NCBI RefSeq assembly: GCF_022539665.2
Contig: NC_081333.1
Location: 3,534,001-3,598,000, forward strand
DNA length: 64,000 nt
Source: Daphnia carinata
Lineage: Eukaryota
Reading direction: 5' to 3'
Made by a program: the position numbers and the translations under genes. How positions within the stretch are numbered: the stretch's first letter is position 1; each line of letters starts with the position of its first letter. Positions 11,645-24,388 of this stretch are shown in pieces. The notes beneath the pieces are model-generated. The model saw only the letters and a program-made list of their open reading frames with translations. It ran no database searches and had not been told where the DNA came from.

Positions 11645-14600
11645 AATAAGGGTATTCATAGAAAAGATACTAATTATTCGTCTGCCTTTCTTGCGATACG
11701 TCTGACCGCCCTTCCAGGCAACTGATGTCTCCTCCTACTCACGGTCAAACGCACAAACACGCACGCATACAATTTTCGAGAAAAAAAAAAAAAAAGAGGA
11801 CAAAGTCGCACTGTACACTTCCACCCCTTCTTCTCGTTCCGAATATACGTACACAAACACTTTCTAAGTTTCTACTGACAGCCGTTTGGAATTGTGGCGC
11901 ATTGGCGGCCATGATCATCATTTTGCTTTATTTCCTGGAAATCGTAATGGCCAACCCAATAAACAACACTTTCGAGGAATAGTTCCCACAACGATCATTA
12001 ACATAAATACCTATCAAAAAGTTTGAAATGGGACGGAATGGACTGTGTCAAGTCTTGTGGATAACAATTTCACGATCCATTCTTTAATCCGGATGAAAAG
12101 ATTTGTGCGTACTACTTATACCTACACCCAAATACAAACAAATTCACCCATCACCGCCACTATTATTACATCCTTGTCCATTCCCTTGTTATTTTTATAT
12201 TCTTCTTTTTTTTCGTTTTTTTTTTTTTTTTTTTTTTGCTATAAAAAATCCTTTGTTTGGTCTGTAGACATGAGCGCCACCACCGCCACTTGATCCTCGT
12301 CGTCGTCTCTCTCTCTCTCCAACTTTTCTTTATATACACACGAAACTATTTTTTTCGCTCTCCCCTCTCCGGCACACACAAAGAGAGAGCAGATGATCGA
12401 TAATTTAGCTGCCTGAGAAAAGGCGCGCATAACACACAAGAGAGAGGGAGCAGGGCCAATGTCACGCTGCCGACATACCAAATAGAACAGTGAAATTTGT
12501 GTAATGAAAAGCGATCCACGTCTTTAAACAACAAAAAAAAGTTTTTGCAGAAAAAAAGATCCACTTTTTTGCAATCATCTTAATAAGAACGAAAAAAAAC
12601 CTTGACCCGTTTAAATGACGTCATTTGGCCACATATAAACCTCCCCTCAAACACACACACAAAATAAACAGCAAACTGAAAAAAAGGAAGAGTCACGTGT
12701 TGTGTACGGAATTTGGAATGAATCACTAAGATAATACGACGCATCGACTAGTTCGGCTTGTTCGTGATTGCTCATCTTTTGATTTTCATAAGCAACGTGT
12801 GCGGATGTGATTCAAATGTGAAGCAACCGTAGCAGACGACAAATATGTTGTCACAACGTTTTATCGTTGTCCATTGCCATTAGGCGGTGCCATCTTGTCC
12901 GATACGGGCGTCTATATCCGAGTGCATCCGAGCGTTTTTCGAGAGATCCAACCTTAACCAACAACTTGTCGAAACACCGACGCAGCGACCTCACCATAAA
13001 AAGATCGTCATGGTCGCCACACGACCCTTCCACCTTTGTTTTGATCTCTTTCAAGAAAAAGTCTGTTTCCAACTCGTTTGACCGCCAAACGTGGGATTTC
13101 TCAAACTCCTTTAAATGAACTTTATGAGCCAAACTGTTCTTGATAAAGTTCATTTAATACAATTTGAGTTTTCTAATGAAAAAAAAAAAAAAATGACGTC
13201 AACGATTTTTCCCGCTTTTTCTTGGCGCTTCCAATTCTTGGCGAAGGAAACGCACACAGACCAACATGCTGTACCGTTGCTTTTATGGTCTTGTGACCTT
13301 GCCCCTATCGCGCGCAAGCCCGTGTCGTGGTATTTTTGTAGGCCACACAGCAGCCGTTTGCCTGCAGTAGCCCAGTTGTGGAGGGGTGGCCGGCGGCGGC
13401 CATATTGCCTACATTTTCGTACAGCCACAATCTCTTGAAATTCAATAGACAGCAGACAAACAAAAAAAAAATAATACAAAACGAGACGAGATACAAAAGA
13501 ACCTCCCAGCTTGGTAGTTATATCCTGTCTAAAACAAACCATTTCAATCGGAAATCTGACTATCTTGCAATATGGAGGTATATGCCTTATCCTTTTACTC
13601 GAGACGTCGCCACGGCGACGACGGCATGATTTCCAGAAACGTTACACACGAGCCTCTCTCTCTGTGTGCCGTCTTCTTTTCAAACTGGATAAGCAACAAC
13701 CACTACAGTCCAGAGAAATCAATCAATATGTGTGTATGCGTCGTAGTCGACAACACAGACATTCGACTACTTCACAAACGACATGAAAGACAACGGAAAA
13801 AGAAAAAAAAAAGTGGGTCCCGCAACTTGATCGTGTGCTTTCATGAGTTTTGTGACCCTCATTTATGCTGCCCAGCCAGAATATTTAGACAAGAAAACCC
13901 ACCCGTTGATATGCCGGCGGTTCTCTTTCCAAATGTTGGACTATCTATCGGAAAACAAAACAAAACTTTCACATTCATTTTCTAGCTTCGGGCATTATTA
14001 AGCTGGCGAGAGTTTTGTGAGGATTATTTTTGGGCATTGTTTACGTAAGTCTGATGACCTAGCGCAAAAAAAAAATTCGCTCCCCTATTCAAGTAGGGTT
14101 GTCTTTCACTTGTTTCTCAGTTCAAGAAAACTTTTACTTTCAATGGCGGTGTATCTATACCTTTGGTTAAAAAAAACAAAAACAATTATTGTTGGGAAGG
14201 GGTTATTTCGTAAAATAAAGAGAAAGGAAAGAGATCCAAAGATGGCCGTCTTTTTTAGAAAACGACCAAAAATGGGGTGTGAACGTACACAGAGAAGAAG
14301 AAAACAAATGAAAAACAAAAGATATCCTTTTTTTTTTTTTCGTCTTTTGGCGCCATGCCCGTCCAGTTTGCTAGACGCCACCGCACGATTTAAAAAGAAA
14401 GAAAAAAAAAATGGTGGAGAAAGGAAAAAATGGCCAGGAGGCAGGATACACGAAGACAGTAAAGAGAGAGCCCTGGATTAGATCGGGAAATTGCCAAGGG
14501 ATTCGACTTCTACTGGCTTATGTACGGAGAGATGGGCGGATCTAACAAAATGGCCACTTGTCATACAATCCAAATACTCGGAAAACATACGATGGACAAT

Positions 14601-17600
14601 TAGAAATTCAAATGGGTAAAATTTTTTTACTAAAAGAAGAATCCGTTTTCAGGGAATGTGGAAAAGATCAACAAAAGAGTTACGATGTTCATTTGTTTTT
14701 ATCGTTTCAAGAACGAAAATAAATAGTTTACCTGCGACGAAGGGGGAAAAACTTGTGCGATAGCCAATTGACCTTGTGCCTTTGTCCGTGATGTCACACA
14801 CACACAGGGATCCTTATTTCTTTTCTCCTTCATTCGTCGCCACGTCCTTTATGTGGCACTGTTCATCCGTTTCCTGTTTCACCGTTCTTTTCGTCTTTTG
14901 GGTTTTCTCAGCATCTCATTAAAAAAAAAACTGGGAGCTCAAGAGAGAAAAGCCTTTTTTATTTGGGACGCCCCCGCCACGTTTCTGTGTGTACATGTAC
15001 AGGGTTGTGACGTCACAGCTTTGCCCGAAGGCTTCTTCCCACCCACCGATCGTTCAATCTGGGCGCTAAAAACTGTCGATACGCATTTCCCCCTTCACCA
15101 CCCCTACGCATTTTGATAGTAGAGCAAACACGCTGCACAGAAGAAAAATGGCGGTACAGCCCTGAAGGCTGTTTGACACGGTCGAAATACCAAGTGGGTT
15201 TTAAAAAAAAATGTCTTTTGACCGCACAATACCTCTATGATAAACGTAAGCAAAAATAAAAAACATACGGTAGCCGAAAACATTCTTTGATCTCATTAAA
15301 CATGTTATGACCAGGAATTTCTTTTTCCCTTTAAATTCTAGATTAAAAAAAAAATAGAAAGACCGAAAATAGCCATTTTATACTCTGTGTGTGTGGTTCA
15401 ACGTGGAAAACGCAGTGTACACAATGAAATCTCGTAAACATTGTGCTGGCCTTTTCTAGGGCGGACAAGGAAAAGAAGACAAGTGAAAAACGGACATGTT
15501 TCGATGGTTTTAATGAGACCCAAGTTTGAATGAAATTTGGATTGATTTGATATGATCACAAAGTTTCGGCTTCCTCTCTCGTGGGAGATCAGACACACAA
15601 AAGAAAAAGAGGAGGGAAAAGTGCATCCAATAAACAAAAGAAAAACGTCCAACTCCAAAACTTTTTGGAGCAAGTCTGTGTCTCTCATCAAATTAAATTT
15701 CATCCGAAGAAACAAACACACAAGTTTTCTGTTTCGAAACTGTATGTACAGTGAATTTCTTCCGACTTGGCGTGTCGTTCAACTGAAATGTGTCACACAC
15801 ACAAAAAGAAGTTCGTTTAGAACGGAAATGAATAAAGGAATGTGCTGTGGAAGAAAAAAAACAAAATGTCGGTGAAAAAGAAAGCGGACAGGCCCATCGA
15901 AGAAAAAATTCGAAGGTTGCTATGGTAACACTGGTTCATAGCTGAGTGATAAGCTGTGCGGGTAGTGTTTTCTCAGAATGAAGGCGAAACAAAAAAAAAG
16001 AAACGTTTATCTTGAGACAGCATCGATTCGCCATGTGTTGCAGAATAGCAGACGAAAAACCCACGCAGCATCCGGTCCCTGGGCATCCATCTTTTATTTT
16101 TGGAGGACCAATTAGCACCTGAGCGGGAGAGTGATGTTCGCCATTCCAGGTTGACATACATTTTTTTTTTAGCGATGAGTTCTCCTTTTTTTTTTATATT
16201 ACAAAAAGAAGGAAACACAAGTAGGGGAATGAAACGAAAAAATGTAACTGTTTATATAGGTCTGTGTAGAGTAGATAGGGAAATGGCGCCTGGTGACATT
16301 GTAACCCAATTTCTCTGATGTAAAAATTATGTTCGCCCAGAAGCGGTGCCCCCCCGCAGCGAAACAACGTTGTCGCATTGATCAAGTCATTGGTAGATAA
16401 AACATTCATATCGTAGTCCGGTTCAAACTGTTATCTTGGCCAAGATCAAAGTTGAAGCAAATCTAATGATCAACATACGACATCATTCGATTTCGAAACA
16501 TCTGTATTAACGCAACAATGATCACCATTTGCGATGAAAATTCTCCTGCTGCAAACGAAAAAGGGGCAACTACATTCTTTTGTTTTTTTAGTTCTATAAT
16601 GTTTTGTTGTTGGTCGCTCTCTCTCTCTGCAAAACTCGCCAATACACTTGACACAGTTGCAGCGAGGACAGACGGTGGCGGCCGGTTACATGCGCGGGCG
16701 GGTTGGCCACTTTCATCCGGTTTCAAGTTGTTGTTGTTGTTGTTGTTGCACTACCTATACGGGACAACACAGCCCATTGGCTACGCAAAGTCGAAGGCAG
16801 AAAATTCATTTTATTATTTGCACGCCAAAAATTGTCAACAAGAAAAAGAAACAGTTACTGACGAAATGTTGTTGTTGACACACACACACGAGGCGATACT
16901 ATTTAGCTATCGTGAAGGCCGACGAACGGCAACGGTGCCCGCGTGAAGCCCACAACAAGGTTAACCCGTTCTTATTCGTGCGGTTTGCTGGGGGATAGCT
17001 TGACGATTCTGCAACACACAGACGCTTTCTCTTGCGTCAGATACCTCTCCCCCCACGAGTTGTTGGATATTTTCAAATCGTGTACGTTGGTTTTTTCAAC
17101 GTTTGTTGTTCTTCGTTTCACACCGTCGTGAACAAGATGACGCCCTTTGCCTATAAAACAAGATCGACGGACACCTCGTCATCAATCGTTTTAACGTTTG
17201 ATAGAATTGAGAAACAAAAGAAGGCGATAAGAAAAAAGTATTCTTTCCTCATTCAGCAACAACCTTTCCCTACTTGCAGACGATTTCTAGCGATTTCTAA
17301 TCGATACTTTCAGTTCGTGATCGACCCTGTCTCTCCTAAAATTGACGCAAACAAAATCAATTCAAGGCCTTGGTTTTTTATTTTAAGAAGGAAGATGACA
17401 ACTCATATTTGATTTTCTTAAAAGCAAATTAAACTCACAATACAAATTTTAGCTAATGTGAAAAGAAACGGATGAAAGGTCGCAGGTTATCAGGCCGATT
17501 TTGAGATAATCGGTCGAAAAGATAAAAAAAAAAAACCAGTCCAGGCAAGATGGCGATAATTTTGATCGCTACCGTCACCAGGGGGAAATAGAAACACACC

Positions 17601-20490
17601 CCACGTCGGCTAAAACAAAAATAAAGAAAAACGTGGTGAGATTGCGGTTCAGAAAAAAAAAGGAAAACAAAACCCCCATCGTTTAGTGGTTTATCAAAAT
17701 TTAAACGGGACGAGTTCTCTTTTAAACACAGTTTTAAAAACACACACTCCGCCTCTTTTTTTAGCAGACGCGTGGGTATATATCCCCCTAGTGGCTGATT
17801 TCCATTAGAAGAACTCATTGCTCTCCATGATTTTCTTCTTCTTGACAAACTTCTTTTTTTTAACTGCAAACAATTGGGAATTTTCATTAAAAATTAAAAC
17901 ATATCTATACTTGTCTTAAATACCATCCCCCCCTGTATACCTTATATAGGCTGATAACCGTGGTACTGCTGAAGAGATTATCGATTGTGGAGCCCTTGAA
18001 CCCAATAAACACAGTCGCGTCAAATGGGACTACACACACACACACTCCTTGACAGTAGGGGGGAATTTCGTTGCCACGTCTCCTTTTTTTTCTGAAATAT
18101 ATTAAAGTAAATATTTTTGAAAAAAAAAAAAAGGTTTTTGCTTCCTCTAAATGTGTGTATCTGTTGTCGAAGTAATTTTCATTCCAAACCAGACAAAGTA
18201 TTTTTGAGGGACAAAAGAAAGAAACCGGGAAAAAAAAGAGACTAGTACACACACACACACAGAGAATGGGGGGGAACTGGAACCATCGTGTGTGTATGTG
18301 TGTCGGTTGAGAAAAGAGAGTGTATAACATGACAAGTCTCTCTTTTCCTTCGAAAAAAAATAAAAAACTCCTCACCGGGAGAGCTCAGAGAGGGGGGAGA
18401 TGCCCAGGGCTAATCACATACACACACACAAAGGGAGAAGCTGGGGGGACTGCGAGTGGTCTACGTGACCTTCTCATACATAAGAGAGAGAGAGAGACGG
18501 GACCAGCACGTTGGATCCAATAGGGAGGATTCAGCTTCAATTTCTATTTTTTTTTCCAATTTCAATCTATTTCATCGATTCGAATCAATGTTGTCTGTAT
18601 TTTTTTAAAAGATGTTACAAATGAACTTTGACGGCTATGACAATGCGGACAAAGTTCATTTTTCTAATTCCGTCAGTGGCGAAACTTTCACATGTAAAAT
18701 CAAAATTAGCATCGTTAAAGTGGATGTTGAGAGGTTACGAAGTAGGACGGACGAAGGGCGCCGTAACGACCGGAAAGAACGAAACTTTCGCTGGCAATCC
18801 TCAACAGCTGATTATTAATACGCAATTGAAATACAATGAACGCGAAAAGGCAACATCGCTTCGTTTTCACAAGTAGAGGAAGAAAACACTCGCGTTTTTA
18901 AATAAGGACAAGGCAAACAAGAAATAACACATTTTTGAATTTTTCTGCAGGGTGCCAGCCAAATAGGAATGCGCCACACATAAGGGGAGAAAAAAAAAAG
19001 TAATGGTTACTTCCGGACACACAAAACTATTTTGTTAATTTTTTTTTTTTTTTTTTAGGGAAGAGATTTTTAGTATTTCTTCCTTTCTCTTCTTCTGCGA
19101 AGAAAAAAAAGGACGATTTTTGTCTCAAGGCGAAAATAAAAAAAAAACTGATGGAAAGCGTGTGTCTGTGTGTACAGTGAAAAAAGAGATAGAAAACAAG
19201 TTTTGGGTGTGTGTGTGCGTGTGTACGTGTAAAGTGAGAGAAGAGAGAGAGGGGGCAAGGCCGCGCGCAGCAACAATGATGACAGCGCCAAGCTCCCCAA
19301 CAGTCCCTCTCCTCTTTCCCCCTTTTTTTATTTTATGATTTTGTGATTTCTTTTTTTGAACTATATTCTTGAAAATACTTTTGTGTAATTTTCTTTGGAA
19401 AAACATTGGATTTATGCTCGCCAAAAAAAAATTTCAGTTCCGTCAAAACGTCAAGTCGCTGTCTACCATTTTCCATCCAAAAAAAGAACCAAAATATAGT
19501 CGGTTAATTGGATTCGAGAACCACAGAGACACACAAAAAAAAAAAACCAGTCCAGACTTGGGTGAAGAGAAAAGAGTGGTGATGGGGGGGGACTAAGCGT
19601 GAGTTTATCTTTAGGACGAATCCTTACTAGTTGCGTCGTCTGCCACTAGTGCAAATATTGAAAATTGTTATTTTTTTTTTTTATTGACGGAAACATTTCC
19701 ATACCGCCATTATTAGACAAGAAGAATTAAAAAAAAGGGCCAAACAAAACCCCCCCCTTTCAAAAAATTGAAAGACGTCATGATGAGAGGTGACCAGCTG
19801 CCCGGTGCATGTTGCCCTTAGGGCTTTCAATTACAAGCTGATGTTGCAATGTTGTTTTTTTTTCTTTTTTTTTTTTCTTGTTGGTATCATCGAAAAAAAA
19901 AACCCTGAAAACAGATAAGGCTAGGCAAAATATTGTGATTTTTTTTCCTGGTGAAACATTCAGTAGTTTTGATACGAATGACAAAAAACAAAAAAACAAA
20001 GAGGAGAAAGAAAGGAGAGCTCCGCTGTTTTTTAACGGTGGTCGCATGGTGGTGGCGCTGCTGCATATTCACACAACACGTAGAGAATAGATATACAGTA
20101 CTACACTGGTTGTATGTGTGTGTGTATCCTATAGACACTGCGGTCTCCCTCGGCTCGCACGTCAGTCAGTCCGCCCCATTCGGCCAGATCAGTCGCATAT
20201 TTCGTAGCGTCGCACCGAGCCAAAAAAAAAAAAAACAAAAAAAAGTTCCGTTTTTCTTTTTCAGAATTTTTTCTGTTGTTTTTGTTTCTTCAATTCTGCG
20301 CTTCGTTTGTTTTCTAAGAAAAGAAAGAAAAAGAGTGCAGTGTGTTTCATCAACGACGTCGTTCCGTTTTTGCACAATCAGCAGTGAATTACAATCTCTC
20401 TCTTGACTTCTGGGGTAAAGCCCCTAGAATTTGAAAAAAAAGGCCCAATAGAAAAGAAAATTACGACATTTTGACACGTAATAGCCTTCA

Positions 20491-23400
20491 ATGCCTTTAT
20501 CAGTCGCAATGCCGTGCGGATTCGAAGAGAATTTGATGGATTTCGAATGTAGTGGTGGAGTGGCGGGAAGTTGGGGTGGCAGTAGCCACACAGTGACAGA
20601 CTTTGACCATCCCGATCCACTCCTGATGGTTTCTCTCAGCAACAAGGAACAGTTGAATTGCACCAACGACGGAATAGGAGCAATTGCAGGTCAGTTTTTT
20701 AAAACTTTTATTTGTCACAAATTGTGTGAGTAGTTTTTCGATTTCCCTTTTTTTTTCGTCTCTGGTTTGTCACGTCGTGGCCCACTTTGACGAGAGAGAA
20801 AATAGTATGACGAAGAAGAAGAAAAAACAATGTTTCAAGTGAAATATAACAAACGGAAGGAGTGAGGAGAGAGAGAAGGGGCCGAGGGAAAGTAGGGTGC
20901 CCTGCTGCAAAATGTCGCTCTAGCGGGGGCCGTGGCTAACTAAAGAAAAAGAACACTGGCGCTCTTTTCTTTCTTTTCTTACCAAACTTGGGTGAAACGA
21001 GGTGGTTTATCGTGGTGTGGCTTTTGTGCGGTCGATAGGTGGCGACCTTGCCGTACGAATGTAATCACGTGCGTGTGACGTCATGTTGGACACAATTTTT
21101 CTTCTTCTCTTTGCCTACCCTCCCCAATCAGATAAACACACAAATATGTTCAAATTCAGGTGCGAGTTTTCCTTCTGCGTTTAAGGTCGGAATGCCATCC
21201 TAACACGATCGAGGTCAAGGTAGCCATATTTTTCCATTTGGATTCGTTCAGACGATCACGGTCACCCTCATTTCGCGATCAAATCGAACCATTTGCGGAG
21301 AAGGGGGGTGGTGGCCAATTTATTTCTTTCCCCCTGCGCCCAAGGTTTAGAGGAAATGAAACCAAGGATCAAAAATGGCTACCGGTACGTGACAAGAGTT
21401 GAATTGCCAACTGATGGAGGGACGCAATTTTCTCCACCATCTTTTGCCAGTTTTTCTCAATCGTTTTCTTTTTAAAAGATGCTATTTAACGATGATGATG
21501 GGGACTTGTACGGCAGATGTAAATTTTGCGGTTTTTAATCTTTTTTTGCCCCTTTTTCTGGTGCTTCTTCAAAAGTTGCCGAAACCTGTCGAACCTGATG
21601 TACCGCTACGTGTCGTCACGGTCGGTGAGGTTTTTCGGTGAAAGTTTTTTGTTTTTTCTAAAACCAAAATGGCGAAATTCAGACACAATTTTTTTGTTTC
21701 AATTATGGAACAGCCTCGGGACTTGAAATTCGAGTTTTTTTTTAGTCAATGAATCCCGTTGCTATTTAGATCATCAACTAAAAGGAAGAGAGAGAGATCG
21801 TCCTGGTTTCGTTCTTGTTGATTCGTCCTCTGGTTCTATTTTACCTCAATACAGAACATTTTTTTTTTGCACCTGGCGTTGATGACACCTGGCGCTGTGC
21901 CGAGCTCCCCCTTCTATTTTGTTGACTTCGTGTGTGGGTTTCCACAATCCAGGACATTTCCCCCCTTAAACTTTGTGTTTCTTCACCTCGTTATAAGAAT
22001 TGAAAAAAAAGGTTCATCGCTTAGTCTTTGTGGCCCTTTAATTTCCTTCACCAAAAAATTGAGCAACAGAGGCTTCCAAACTAGGCAACAGAGCCCCCAA
22101 TTGGAACCGTTGAAAGGGGAGGGCGACCGCTACTCGTCTGTTTAACACAACAACACAAGAAAAAACCAAGGTCAATTACCCCCCTGGACTACCACGTCTT
22201 CTCTCTGTGTGTGTATATAGTATACACACACTGACGTGTTTTACCTTTTGTGTCGTTTCTCTCTGTGAGAGAAAAATCTCTTCGATCCAGTAGCCCGAGG
22301 GCGTTGGAATCATGCAACCTTATCTTTTTCCTAAAGACATTGCTGTTGAGAGACGGACCGCCGTGTGTATAAACACAAGAAAAAGACGGGAGGGAACGAA
22401 GGGGGCGTGAGTCCCGATGGACGCAGCCGAGTTCCAAGGTCAATCAACTTGAAAATCTTAGGGAAATAAAATCCCAACTGTCAAAAATCATTCACATTTT
22501 TTTTTCTTATGTGTCAAATTAGCATATTAATGTTTTTTTTCTATAAAAAAAAATTTTGCCGATTTAAATTTAAAAATTGGGTTGGGAATAGGGGAGAGAT
22601 GTAAGAGAGGTTGAAAAAAAAACCGTGAGGGCCGTCACGGTCAGCCGGAAGTGGCAGAAGGGAGCGCGTCAACGACCTCTTTGGTTTCTCTTTCTGTCTT
22701 GTAACTCGCTAAGAAGAAGACAACAAACTAACAAGATGCAGAAAAACGAGTTTCGGCCATTTTTTTTTAGTTCGTTCAATCGTCGTTTCTCACGGTCGAA
22801 TTATCTGAACGCAATTACACGACTTTGTGATGGTCGAGTTCAACGATAAGCAAAAAAAAATACGTCTTCAAAAACGAGTTTTCACGTTCCTCACTGGCGT
22901 TTGCGTGCACTTTTCAAAAATTGACACAACGCATCGCCCCCTATGTTCCAAAAAAAAAAATTTCAAAAATTCTCGGTTCCACTTCGTGAGTCTCGTCCGC
23001 CATGTAACACTACACTCCCGACAGAAAAAAAAACGAATATTCCGAAACAAATAAGAAAAACATTTGAAACCTTTTTTCCCTCCGTTGGTCCCCTGAAATG
23101 TCTGACACACGACGGAATCACCACCAACCACAACTTCCGTTTCCCTTTAAAGAAATGACGTTCTTTTTTGTCAGCTTCCAAAAAAAAAAAAATCTCATTT
23201 CTCTGACGCATCCGGAATGTCTACGAAAAAAAGAGGGGGGGACGTGATTGAGTCTACGTGACGTGTTTGTTGAACGCCAAAAACCCCGTTTTTTTTTAAC
23301 AATCGATTATTAAAAAATTGTTTTCTCTCTTTTTCTCCGTGTCTTTTATATAAACAGGATCGAAAACGGATTCGTCTTCTTGGTGTCGAAGCAACAGCCG

Positions 23401-24388
23401 TCCGTCATCCATGAGCGGATTAGCCGGAAGCGGATCATCATCATCGGGAGGAGGTACGAACGGATTGAGTTCATCGTCCTACTGCCGCCGGCTGGGTTCG
23501 GCTACAACCAGCAGCAGTCGGCGTAGCGCCACTTTCCAGCTGTGGAGTCCGCGCTTGAGGCTGCGCGATGAACGCAAACGCGTCCTCAAACTGTCGCTGG
23601 CCAAATTGAGGCGGATTGACGACGCGGAATCGTGTCTGAGACGATCCGTCTTGCTCAACAATACGCTCAGGCGGCTGCAGCGCGAGGCCAGGGACGAGAA
23701 AACGACGGGAGTGAATCATCAGATGGGCCCGTCGCCCGACTGCGCCAGTCGGCTCCATCATCCGGCCGTGCGGCTGGAACAAGCGGATAATAACGGGCAC
23801 GAATTGCAGATGACGAGGTCGCTGTTGAGCTGCGACGAACTGCCCGTCTCGTCGGCCGATTTGACGCTGGAAACGGCCAACGGGCAATCACGAGCGGCGT
23901 CGATTAAAAGGCGGCGGACGTCGGCTGACGTCACGGACGACTTGTCCATCCCGTCGTCGCTCGAGTCGTCGTCGTGCGGATTGAACTTTAGCGATTTATA
24001 CCTTCCACCTACACCGCGCATGATCTCCTCACTGGAAGACGAGGAAGAGGCCGAGGCGTGGCAGTGCGTCAAGAGGCCAAAGATTGCCGCCGCCGGAAAT
24101 GACGTCAGTGGGCGGAATCGACCCGCTTTACGTCCGTGTAATTCTTTACCGTCACCGGCGACGTCACCGTCCACCGGTTCGTCTGTGACGTCGTCATCGT
24201 CGGCCAATCAAAACAATTCGCCCATTCTCACCGGATACACGTCGTGTTCCGGCCTCTCGCTGGTCACGTCCAACTCTTCCGCAGCCGCTTCCGCCCAGCA
24301 GTCGACCTACTCGTGTGGGCAATCGTCGCTCTTTGGCGAACTTCAGTCGGTCGTCTTCCACTCACTCATCACCTCTTTGGAATCGTAG
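20491..24388 (+). CDS. SERTA-domain transcriptional co-regulator (SERTAD/Taranis/CG2865-like), ~409 aa, 2 coding exons
   Basis: Exon 23358-24388 contains ORF 23411-24388 with the SERTA motif DERKRVLKLSLAKLRRIDDAESCLRRSVLLNNTLRRLQ and the tail YSCGQSSLFGELQSVVFHSLITSLES. Upstream exon 20491-20689 (MPLSVAMPCGF...GAIA G|gtcagt, phase 1) splices in frame to acceptor taaacag|GA at 23358; this exon is less certain. Inr-like TCAGT lies near 20162. Confidence 0.9.

Noticed and set aside
12851..13153. 100-aa minus-strand ORF MNFIKNSLAHK... with an acceptor-like site upstream
   Set aside because: No recognisable motif and overlapping ORFs on both strands. It could be a lncRNA or orphan exon, but I cannot support it.
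17940..17950. CArG/SRF box
   Set aside because: CC-W7-GG has one base too many for the CC(A/T)6GG consensus.
23471..24207. Antisense ORFs over the SERTA exon
   Set aside because: Shadow ORFs of a GC-rich coding exon.
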